Below, piece after piece: positions 7,670-14,982 of a stretch of DNA of 25,856 nucleotides. The position numbers and the translations under genes were made by a program. Source of the stretch: a virus (taxonomy: Duplodnaviria; Caudoviricetes); IMG/VR virus record IMGVR_UViG_3300048803_000001, positions 1 through 25,856 of that record; one strand, given 5' to 3'. Positions within the stretch are counted from its first letter, which is position 1, and each line of letters begins with the position of its first letter. The notes under the pieces are model-generated. The model saw only the letters and a list, made by a program, of their open reading frames with translations, searched no databases and had not been told where the DNA came from.

Positions 7670-9277
7670 CTAGCTCCCGATGACGACGTAGCGGACGGTG
7701 TCGGTGTCGGTGAGGTCGCTGCTGGTGATCGTGAACTGCGTGGCCGAGCCGTTGACCACCTTGAGCGTGCGGTCGTTGAGGCTCGACGCCAGCAGCACCG
7801 TGTAGCTGGTAGCCGACGTGAAGCCTGCTGCCGCGCCGGTGAGCGTCACCTGCACCGTTCCTGCTGTGAGCGCTGCGCTGCCCTCCACGACGTGCAGCCC
7901 GCGCAGGGTGCCGGTGCTTCCATGTAGACCGCTGGTGCCCTGTACGTTGGCGGTGCAGTTGGCGAACACGGTGCCGGGTGCGTTTGACACGAGCGTCGTG
8001 CCCGGTCCCGCGATTCCGACCGTGCAGCGGAGGATGAAGCCGCCGATGCGCTGCTCGAACACCCCATCGGCGTTGACGAGTGCACCCTGCTCAAAGTTGT
8101 AGCCGCTGCTCCCGCAGATGGTCGAGTTGTCGCGGTGCTGGAATACGCTTCCTGGTCCGACCGTGACGCCGGGCAGCGTCGTGTAGGCTCCACCGTTGCG
8201 AAGCATCGACTGCTGGAAGGCGACAAACGACGGAGTGAATAGCAAGATGCCGTAGCGCGAGGCGGCGGTCCCGATGGTGGTGAGGCTGCTGTTCTGGATG
8301 GTGACGGCCATCGCTGACAGGCCCGCTCCGGTGCGCAGGCAGTTGGTCGCGTAGATGTTGCAGAACTGCACGGTCATGCCCGCTTCGCAGGACACCCCGA
8401 TGCCGCCCGTGGCGTAGGTGTTGGAGAACTTGAGAAGGTTGAGCAGAAGCCCCGGCTGCTGCCAGCGCGAGCCGTACGTGGTTCCCGTGGTCGAGATGAC
8501 CGTGTTGTGTGTCACGAACGCGAAGGTATCGTTTGCCGCCAGCCCGGTGACGGGGTTGCCGACCAGCGTAAGCGTGTCGGCGGTGTTGGACTGTACGACG
8601 CGATAGGTGTCGATCGATGGCGACGACCCGGCAACCTTCGTGAACTTCACGAGCTTTCCGACATGCTCGCCCTCACCCGTCGCGGACCATCCCGCACCTG
8701 TGACGGTGACGGTCCCCTGCGTCGGCGTCGCTGTGCTTGCTTGTACCTGCGAGGCGATGGTCTGCGTCGCGCCAAGAGTGACCGAGCCGCGGATCTCAAT
8801 GGTGAAGCTGCCCGTGGGGGTCTTTCCACCAAGCGTCGGCGTCGTCTCGCTATACGTCCCGGCTTCGACGATGACGACGACGTTTCCGCCGAAGCTGCCG
8901 GGTATCTGCGAGAAGGCGTAGGCGAGCGTGAGGAACGCATCGGCTCCGCTGGCCCAACCGTGCGCCGTGTCGTTGGTGCCGGTGGTGCTGACGTACAGGG
9001 TCATGGCCGCGAAGGACTCCAGCGGCACCCAGGCCGTCGTGTAGCCGTAGAGCACGCTGCGGTCGGTGCGGTAGAACACGTCGCCCGCTACCGGCGAGGA
9101 CGGGAACGCATCTCCCTTGGGGTAGACCTCGGCAGGGTCAGCCCCACCTAGCGGTGCCCACGACCGTACTCCCGCATCGTCAGACACCAGCGCGTAGCCA
9201 GATGTCTCGGGCGCGCCAAGCGCAGGCTCGGCTCCCACGTCTGCCGGTACGCTCGGGACGTACGTTGCTCCCATCAT
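7670..9277 (-). CDS. Fibre/spike-like protein with pectin-lyase-like beta-helix (535 aa)
   Basis: N-terminal PADVGAEPALG...GVRSW and GDAFPSSPVAGDVFYRTD..LY.Y..W fibre motifs; LYVSTTG.ND...FLTLAYA...IP...V.VIVEAGTYSE beta-helix cap; C-terminal beta-sandwich ending TVRYVVIGS. Confidence 0.8.
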   Translation of the reverse strand: MMGATYVPSVPADVGAEPALGAPETSGYALVSDDAGVRSWAPLGGADPAEVYPKGDAFPSSPVAGDVFYRTDRSVLYGYTTAWVPLESFAAMTLYVSTTGTNDTAHGWASGADAFLTLAYAFSQIPGSFGGNVVVIVEAGTYSETTPTLGGKTPTGSFTIEIRGSVTLGATQTIASQVQASTATPTQGTVTVTGAGWSATGEGEHVGKLVKFTKVAGSSPSIDTYRVVQSNTADTLTLVGNPVTGLAANDTFAFVTHNTVISTTGTTYGSRWQQPGLLLNLLKFSNTYATGGIGVSCEAGMTVQFCNIYATNCLRTGAGLSAMAVTIQNSSLTTIGTAASRYGILLFTPSFVAFQQSMLRNGGAYTTLPGVTVGPGSVFQHRDNSTICGSSGYNFEQGALVNADGVFEQRIGGFILRCTVGIAGPGTTLVSNAPGTVFANCTANVQGTSGLHGSTGTLRGLHVVEGSAALTAGTVQVTLTGAAAGFTSATSYTVLLASSLNDRTLKVVNGSATQFTITSSDLTDTDTVRYVVIGS

Positions 9278-9588
9278 CGGCCTCCGTCTATCAGGCGGTG
9301 CGTGCGCGAGAAAGAGGCATCATGCGCGTGCAGGTCGGCCTCGAACGCGGCCTCGAAGTCGGTACGGCGCATGTACTCGCCACGGTCAGCTCCCTCGACG
9401 TACTGCCAGATCGGGACGGTACGGTCGGGCAGGACCGTGACTCCGCTCGCGTCCAGAGTGCGGACGATGATGGGCGTCGTAGTGGACAGCAGGCGAGGGG
9501 TGGACGCGGGCGCGGAAGAGGCGCACCCCGTGAGTAGGAGCACGAAGAAGAGCGCGGCAACTAGGCCCTTGGGGGTCAGACGGGACAT
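9274..9588 (-). CDS. Predicted lipoprotein (104 aa)
   Basis: RBS AGGAGGTG; basic N-terminus, hydrophobic core GLVAALFFVLL and lipobox LTG-C followed by a Ser/Ala/Pro linker. Confidence 0.8.
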   Translation of the reverse strand: MSRLTPKGLVAALFFVLLLTGCASSAPASTPRLLSTTTPIIVRTLDASGVTVLPDRTVPIWQYVEGADRGEYMRRTDFEAAFEADLHAHDASFSRTHRLIDGGR

Positions 9589-9607
9589 GGGTCACCTCCT
9601 ACGTCGG

Positions 9608-9692
9608 CGCAACGCGCGCGGGTGCGTGCGCTGTGTGGACGCACGGAGGCGGACTGGTCTCCCAAGCCGCCTCCGCAGACGGGTCAGTTGCG
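9608..9692 (-). promoter_or_regulatory. Structured intergenic element with GNRA-capped hairpin (possible terminator/attenuator)
   Basis: Minus strand GCGGAGGCGG...TGG-GAGA-CCA...CCGCCTCCGT (9643-9676) enclosed by CGCAAC/GTTGCG. Confidence 0.5.
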
Positions 9693-9703
9693 TCGCAGTC
9701 GGA

Positions 9704-10039
9704 CTATGCGTCCGGATCCGGCTCGGGGTCCGGCTCGGGTGTGGCGAGCACACGCAGCGCAGGATCGGCACGGACCGCGTCGGCCTGCGCCTGCGTCAGC
9801 TCGTGCGTCTGCGGCTCGGCCGTCCACGTCACGCCGCCCCGGACACGCTGTCCGTTGGGGTGGTTCTGGTCGGCCAGACGGGCGGTGACGGGGAAGCGGC
9901 AGGAGGCGTGGTCCAGAGCGGACAGCACCTCGCCCTTCTCCTCACTCGTCACGGTGTGGTCTGCGAGCGCGGCCGACGTGGCCTTGCGGGCGGCTGCTCG
10001 AGCGGCTCGCTCCTCCGGTGTCATGCGTCTGCGTGCCAT
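9704..10039 (-). CDS. HI1506/Mu gp35-like small capsid-linked protein (111 aa)
   Basis: RBS AGGAGGAG; C-terminal NHPNGQRVRGGVTW...ELTQAQADAVRADPALRV resembles the HI1506-like domain found after Mu-type capsid genes. Confidence 0.7.
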   Translation of the reverse strand: MARRRMTPEERAARAAARKATSAALADHTVTSEEKGEVLSALDHASCRFPVTARLADQNHPNGQRVRGGVTWTAEPQTHELTQAQADAVRADPALRVLATPEPDPEPDPDA

Positions 10040-10052
10040 TGCTCCTCCTAGA

Positions 10053-10835
10053 CTAGGACAGAGCCGTCCGGTAGACGGCTGCGGTGCGTGTGATGATGGT
10101 CATGGCGTCGGCCTGGGAGATGTCGATCCCCAGCGCGAGGTCCGCAACAGTGGTCGCCACGTTGTCCCACGTCCCGGGAGCGGCATAGCCCAGATCGGTC
10201 GTGTAGTAGGAATGCTCGATGTCGGGCCACCAGTTGTACCAGCGCCCGTCCGCATAGGTGTCGTCAGTGGCGCTGAGGATCTCGGTCCACACGACACCGT
10301 CCGAGGACTGGTACACCTTGAGGCTGGCGCCGGTCACCGTGAGCTTGAAGTAGTGGCCGTCGGCCTTGGCTATGGTGGCGGTATCCAGCTCCACTCCGTC
10401 GCCGTCGTCCACCCGTGACAACCGGCAGAGCGAGTAGTCCTCAGTGGTGCCGTTGTACGTCACGTCGAGCGAGTACCCGTTGTGCTGAGCGGCGTCGGCG
10501 GCCGACATGCGGGCGAAGGCCCAAGCGACGGCGTTGTTGTTCTGGCTGTCGAGTGAGGCGGTGTCGTGGAAGAGGAAGGTCAGCGAACCGTCTACCCCTT
10601 CGAGATTAGCGGCCTCCGGAGCGGTGGCCTTCACGATGGCGGCCGGAGCGATAGCGAGCGGAGAATCGACTTCCCACGCGTCGCTCTCGACCTCCGGGTC
10701 GGCGAGGATAGCGGCGGCTTGTTCATCCGTCACCGTCGCCACTTGCCATGCTCGCTGGATGTCCAGACCCCCAACGGCCCGGCGGCCGTTGGGGTGGTCC
10801 GGACGAGCAAGGCGTACGTGGACCGTGGTTGTCAC
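10053..10835 (-). CDS. HI1506-like domain fused to a concanavalin-A-like beta-sandwich (260 aa)
   Basis: N-terminal DHPNGRRAVGG...VTDEQAAAILADPEVE; C-terminal R....NGY...L....G...YFKLTVTG..LKVY...LSATDDTYADG lectin/glucanase-like pattern. Confidence 0.65.
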   Translation of the reverse strand: MTTTVHVRLARPDHPNGRRAVGGLDIQRAWQVATVTDEQAAAILADPEVESDAWEVDSPLAIAPAAIVKATAPEAANLEGVDGSLTFLFHDTASLDSQNNNAVAWAFARMSAADAAQHNGYSLDVTYNGTTEDYSLCRLSRVDDGDGVELDTATIAKADGHYFKLTVTGASLKVYQSSDGVVWTEILSATDDTYADGRWYNWWPDIEHSYYTTDLGYAAPGTWDNVATTVADLALGIDISQADAMTIITRTAAVYRTALS

Positions 10836-10844
10836 TCAGACCAC

Positions 10845-11744
10845 CTAGCCCGGGACGATGGTTCCGACAATCGCCTGCGGGAATCCCGCGGCGACGTCCC
10901 AGCGACCGTCCACGCCGTAGAATATCTCGCCGGTCTTGAAGAGGCTGGTGTCGTCTTCCTTGTACTCCGGCATCTTGCGGATGCCCCGGATGATCGGCGG
11001 CACCAGCGCGTCGGTGTCCACGAGGTACCAGTTGGTCGTATCGGTAAGCGACGGGAGAACGACGACCTTCAGCCCGGACAGGGCGTTGTAGTCCGACGTG
11101 GTGCCGATCTTGAAGGGCGACTTGACCAGAGCGTTGGCGACGTACTGCAAGGCGTTGGGAACGACGAGCGCCTTGGCGGACAGGCCGAGGTTACGGCCCT
11201 CGGAATCCGCGAAGCCAGCCATCATGCCCATGCCGGTCAGGACGTAGCCGTAGCCGGTCGCGTCGGCCGACAGCGCCCCGGTGCCGTTCTTGTTGTCGAA
11301 CGCGGCGTACGCGCCGAATGCCGGGTGGCTATCGTCCACGAGCGGCTGGCCGTCGTAGCACGTCGAGTTGGCGTCGAGCACTCCAGAGGCCGCAGCGTCC
11401 AGCTCACGCAGCGCGCCGGCGGCCATGAGCCGGATCTGAGGACCGTACTGGCCCAGGGCATCGTCGTCGATGTCGTCCTGCTTCATGCCGATCGTGTGCT
11501 CGTAGTGCTTCGGGGTGATCGTGAACGACTTGGCGATCACGTCGCGCACCTGGCGCTCGCCGAGCCACTCACGCATCTTGCCGAGCGCGGCGACCCACGA
11601 CAGGCTCATCGTGCCGGTCGTCATCGGCACGTCCAGGACGATGCCGGACAGGTCAGCGCGCGGCGAAGAGTCGAAGGTCTCCATCGCGATCGCGCGGAAA
11701 GCGGTCTGAGCCGTGGTGAGTGCGGCCTTGTTGATGATTCCCAT
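10845..11744 (-). CDS. Major capsid protein, Mu gpT-like (299 aa)
   Basis: W...LGKMREWLGERQ, YEHTIG...DDIDDDALGQY, CYDGQP....HP, L..KALVVP..L, WYLVDT, YGVDGRW.VAAGFPQ motifs; RBS AAAGGAGG. Confidence 0.93.
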   Translation of the reverse strand: MGIINKAALTTAQTAFRAIAMETFDSSPRADLSGIVLDVPMTTGTMSLSWVAALGKMREWLGERQVRDVIAKSFTITPKHYEHTIGMKQDDIDDDALGQYGPQIRLMAAGALRELDAAASGVLDANSTCYDGQPLVDDSHPAFGAYAAFDNKNGTGALSADATGYGYVLTGMGMMAGFADSEGRNLGLSAKALVVPNALQYVANALVKSPFKIGTTSDYNALSGLKVVVLPSLTDTTNWYLVDTDALVPPIIRGIRKMPEYKEDDTSLFKTGEIFYGVDGRWDVAAGFPQAIVGTIVPG

Positions 11745-11774
11745 GAGGTTTCAAGCCTCCTTTCGTGTTTGGGG

Positions 11775-12188
11775 CTACTTGACGTAGCCGTCGATGGCGA
11801 CGCGGCACTTCGTGGCGGAGACGACCTCGCGGATGACTCCGCACGCCACGTCGTTGCTGGTGGTTGCGGCCACGTCCACGGTGTCCTCACCGTTGACGTA
11901 GACGACCGTCCCGATGCTGGCAGCCCCAAGGCTCCCGGCTCCGAAGGTGAACTCGAAGGTCCCCTTCGTGTAGATGTCGATGACCGTGTCGGCGGCCAGC
12001 GCGTCACGGACGGCGACTCCGCCGAACGTGGTGGACGCGGTGTCGGCGCCCGGCTGGACCTTGCCGTCTGAGGTGAGACGGTTCAGCAGCGAGCCGCCGT
12101 AGATGGCGGTCGCGGCCTTCTTCGGGCTCGAAGCGATCACGCCGTTGTCGATGCTGCGCTTGGCCTCTCGGCCTGCGGTGAGCGTCAT
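11775..12188 (-). CDS. Capsid decoration / cement protein (137 aa)
   Basis: MTLTAGR...AIYGGSL...FGGVA...GTFEF...IGTVVYV..EDTV...CGVIREV pattern; between scaffold and Mu-type capsid genes; RBS AAGGAGG. Confidence 0.8.
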   Translation of the reverse strand: MTLTAGREAKRSIDNGVIASSPKKAATAIYGGSLLNRLTSDGKVQPGADTASTTFGGVAVRDALAADTVIDIYTKGTFEFTFGAGSLGAASIGTVVYVNGEDTVDVAATTSNDVACGVIREVVSATKCRVAIDGYVK

Positions 12189-12190
12189 GT

Positions 12191-12610
12191 CTAGTCCTCC
12201 TTCGAGTTGTCGGCCTCGGCCTTGGCGACCTTGGCGGCGAGCATGAAGTCTTCCGAGACGCCCTGCTGCTTGGCAAAGGCGATCTCGGCATCGGTCAGGG
12301 TGATCGTGCCGGCGGTGTTGGCCAGCGCGGTGCCGGGGTCTTCCGTCGCGATCGGCACGAACTCGACGACTGAAGCGAACGCGAGGATGGCGTCGGGCAT
12401 CTCGACGGGCTCGGCGCCCTCGGACAGCACGATGGCATCGGGAGTCTCGGTCGTGAGGATGGCGGCCAGCGCATGGCGGGCGGGCTCGGTCATCCCCTTG
12501 GCCGACAGGGCGTCCAGCGCGGCGGTGACCTTCTCGTTGCGGATCGTGGCCTTCAGCTCGGCCAGCTCGACGGCCTCGGGAGTCGGGGTAGTGGGCTTGT
12601 CGTCACTCAT
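12191..12610 (-). CDS. Nested in-frame scaffold protein from an internal start (Mu gpZ-like, 139 aa)
   Basis: AAAGGAGG-CACCAAG-ATG at 12610 inside the protease ORF (KGGTK|MSDDKPTT). Confidence 0.7.
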   Translation of the reverse strand: MSDDKPTTPTPEAVELAELKATIRNEKVTAALDALSAKGMTEPARHALAAILTTETPDAIVLSEGAEPVEMPDAILAFASVVEFVPIATEDPGTALANTAGTITLTDAEIAFAKQQGVSEDFMLAAKVAKAEADNSKED

Positions 12611-13630
12611 CTTGGTGCCTCCTTTCAGGAGCTTGCTCAGCTTCGAGCGCGTCTCGGCGGCAAGAGTGCGCATCGCACGGACGCCGGGGGCGCCTCGCAC
12701 GATGTCGTCGGCCTTGCCCATGAGGGCGTCGAAAGCGTCCAATATCTCTGCTACGGGGTCGCTTACCCCGGAGTCAGCGGTGGAGTCGGCCAGCTCTGCG
12801 GGAGCGAGCGGGTCGGTCTGCGGCGTGACTTCGGCGGGGGCGGGCGCTACTTCCGGCCCGTCCTCGCCGTCGTTGGCGCGCGTCACCGCCGCCTCGATAG
12901 CCGCGGCGATGGCCTCGGGAAGATCGGCGGAAAGCTCGGCGATGCGGGCGCGCAGGGCGTCCCCGGCCAGGCCGTCCGCGATGGCCTGGCGCAGCAGCTC
13001 GTCCATCGCGGCGAACGCGGGCCACGAGCCCCACTGCGCCGCCCACAGGTCGGCGGGCGCGGGCTCGGCGTCCTGTTCGGCTATGCGCTCCTCCACGGCG
13101 TCCACGACCTCGCCGAACTTGATGCCGTCGGCGAGCGTGACCATGTCCGAGAACTCGACGGACAGCGGCTCGGAGTCCACCGGAGGCACGACCATCACCG
13201 GGTCGTTCGTGAGCGACACGGCGCGGAGAACGTTCGCGAACACCCTGCCGGTGGCAGGCTGCGTGTATCGCCCGTAGGCGGCCGAGACGTACCGGTACTC
13301 GCCCTCGGCCAGCGACTTGGCCCCTCCGGGCGTCCAGTTGACGCGCATAACGACGGCTGGGGTCTCGTCTCCCGTGACCGGGTCGGCAAACGTCCCGATG
13401 CCAAGGCCGGTGATCCAACCGGCGGCCTCTCCGAACTCGTGGTCAATGTCCACGCGGATGTCTCGGCCGAGGACCTGGCCGCTGAAGTTGGCGATCAGCT
13501 CGTCGGCGACCTTGCGTGACAAGTCGAGGTCGCCGTACTTGTCGGTGTGCCACTTGCCGATCGGGAGAATGACCACGTCACTCGTGGCGGTCGCCCCCGA
13601 CGCGAGTGTGGTCTGAAGCAGTTTCAGCAT
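12191..13630 (-). CDS. Prohead protease with C-terminal scaffold, Mu gpI-like (479 aa)
   Basis: DIDHE..EAAGWI..L, VNWTP.G...L..GEYRYVS, LRAVSLTNDP catalytic-region motifs; acidic helical C-terminal half; RBS AAGGAG. Confidence 0.92.
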   Translation of the reverse strand: MLKLLQTTLASGATATSDVVILPIGKWHTDKYGDLDLSRKVADELIANFSGQVLGRDIRVDIDHEFGEAAGWITGLGIGTFADPVTGDETPAVVMRVNWTPGGAKSLAEGEYRYVSAAYGRYTQPATGRVFANVLRAVSLTNDPVMVVPPVDSEPLSVEFSDMVTLADGIKFGEVVDAVEERIAEQDAEPAPADLWAAQWGSWPAFAAMDELLRQAIADGLAGDALRARIAELSADLPEAIAAAIEAAVTRANDGEDGPEVAPAPAEVTPQTDPLAPAELADSTADSGVSDPVAEILDAFDALMGKADDIVRGAPGVRAMRTLAAETRSKLSKLLKGGTKMSDDKPTTPTPEAVELAELKATIRNEKVTAALDALSAKGMTEPARHALAAILTTETPDAIVLSEGAEPVEMPDAILAFASVVEFVPIATEDPGTALANTAGTITLTDAEIAFAKQQGVSEDFMLAAKVAKAEADNSKED

Positions 13631-13809
13631 GTCGTCTCCTTGCCGATGAGTTCTGACGGGGTGAGCCGCCCTGCGATGACTTCACGCCACACGCGGCGGC
13701 GGCTCTGTCGGGACAACCCGGCGACGTTCAGCGCGGCGTCCAACGCGTCCAGGTCACGGTGGACCCGGGCGATGCGACGGGCGAGGCGTCGCCTTCTGAG
13801 CCAGTTCAC
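13624..13809 (-). CDS. Small Arg-rich hypothetical protein (61 aa)
   Basis: Fills the gap between gpF-like and protease genes; AAGGGG upstream of GTG; stop overlaps the protease start. Confidence 0.65.
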   Translation of the reverse strand: MNWLRRRRLARRIARVHRDLDALDAALNVAGLSRQSRRRVWREVIAGRLTPSELIGKETTC

Positions 13810-13814
13810 TTACG

Positions 13815-14717
13815 TCACCCCTTCGCGTAGACGATGAGTTCCGCGCAGCGACAGCCCGCGTACAGCGCGCCCTCGCAGTCAGGATTCGGGGCTTGCCCCA
13901 TGTCCTCTGGGCCGTACTCGTCGCCGTCGCGGTCCTCACACACGCCGCACACGCCGGAGTCCATGATCGCGGTGTAGACGACCGTCTCGATCTGGTCGGC
14001 AGTCTCCTCAGCGGCGATGCGTCGACCCATGCCGTTGGCTTCGCGTGCGTCGTCTCGGGCCATACTCGCCAGCAGTTCGGTGGCCTTGGCGGTGACGAAC
14101 GCCTCCAGCTTGTCGGCGTCGTAGACCTCTCGGCCGATCTGCGCGAGCGCCATCTTCTGCGCCGCCGCGATCGCTTCGTTAGTGAGGCTCTCGGCCTGGG
14201 CGGAGGACTTGGCGGCGATGAACCGCGCGAGGAGCTTGGGCGTGAGCCGAGGCGGCAGGGCCAGCTTGCTCCCGGTCTGCCTGCGGTACTCGTCGAACAC
14301 CTGGCGCTTTCCGGTGTCTATGGCCGAGCCGGTCGCGGCCTTGAGCGACTTTGCAAGGTCGGAGGCGTCGGGCTTTGGAAGCGCGCTCGCCTTTGCAAGG
14401 TCGCGTGCCTTCACCGCGGCGATGGCCGAGGACACGACCTCGCGTACCAAGGCCTTGAGCGGCGGGGCCCCGGCCTCCGCGATGGCGACCTCGGAGTCGT
14501 TCACGTCGCGAGCTACGCGCTCGATGTCACCGAACTCCAGCTCGATAGGCGTCAGCTCGCGCCAGAACTTGAGCGGGCCTACCGCGTCGACGGCGGCCGT
14601 GGCGAGCCGAAGGTCGGCCGTGCGGCCCGAGCGGTTGAGCGGGATGGCGTATGCCCCGTCGTCCTCACCCACAAGGCCCAGCGGACTGCTGACGTATCCA
14701 CCGCACTCCCGGCACAT
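13815..14717 (-). CDS. Minor head protein, Mu gpF/SPP1 gp7-like (about 300 aa)
   Basis: C-terminal YTAIMD..VC..C...DG...P.P.C.G....CRC motif; helical core; likely ATG at 14717 after GGGGGTG. Confidence 0.85.
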   Translation of the reverse strand: MCRECGGYVSSPLGLVGEDDGAYAIPLNRSGRTADLRLATAAVDAVGPLKFWRELTPIELEFGDIERVARDVNDSEVAIAEAGAPPLKALVREVVSSAIAAVKARDLAKASALPKPDASDLAKSLKAATGSAIDTGKRQVFDEYRRQTGSKLALPPRLTPKLLARFIAAKSSAQAESLTNEAIAAAQKMALAQIGREVYDADKLEAFVTAKATELLASMARDDAREANGMGRRIAAEETADQIETVVYTAIMDSGVCGVCEDRDGDEYGPEDMGQAPNPDCEGALYAGCRCAELIVYAKG

Positions 14718-14730
14718 CAGCGCACCCCCG

Positions 14731-14982
14731 TCATGGATCGACCTCAATGACTCGGCCGTCGGCGGTGGTCACCTGCGCCCCCGGCCAGTGGTCACCAGGG
14801 GCATCGGAATAGCAGTCCGGAGGAGATGGATAGTCCAACGCAATCGGGCCGACTGCGAACCCTTCCTCGGCGGCACCGCCGGGAACCAGAAGGCTCATCT
14901 CCTGGGCGGACTTCTCCGTGCTCCCGACGCCGATGATGCCCAGCCCTTTGTCGTTCTGCCAGAGAGCCAGCCAGACATTCAT
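14731..14982 (-). CDS. Hypothetical protein (83 aa) between portal and gpF-like genes
   Basis: TGATG coupling to the portal stop; fills the gap. Confidence 0.65.
   Translation of the reverse strand: MNVWLALWQNDKGLGIIGVGSTEKSAQEMSLLVPGGAAEEGFAVGPIALDYPSPPDCYSDAPGDHWPGAQVTTADGRVIEVDP

Noticed and set aside
5778-9277. Diversity-generating retroelement target/template pair
   Set aside because: No reverse transcriptase in the window; duplicated segments are all in-frame coding and their differences are not adenine-specific.
9274-9588. o-spanin / lysis cassette
   Set aside because: No holin, endolysin or i-spanin nearby, and the context is virion structural genes.
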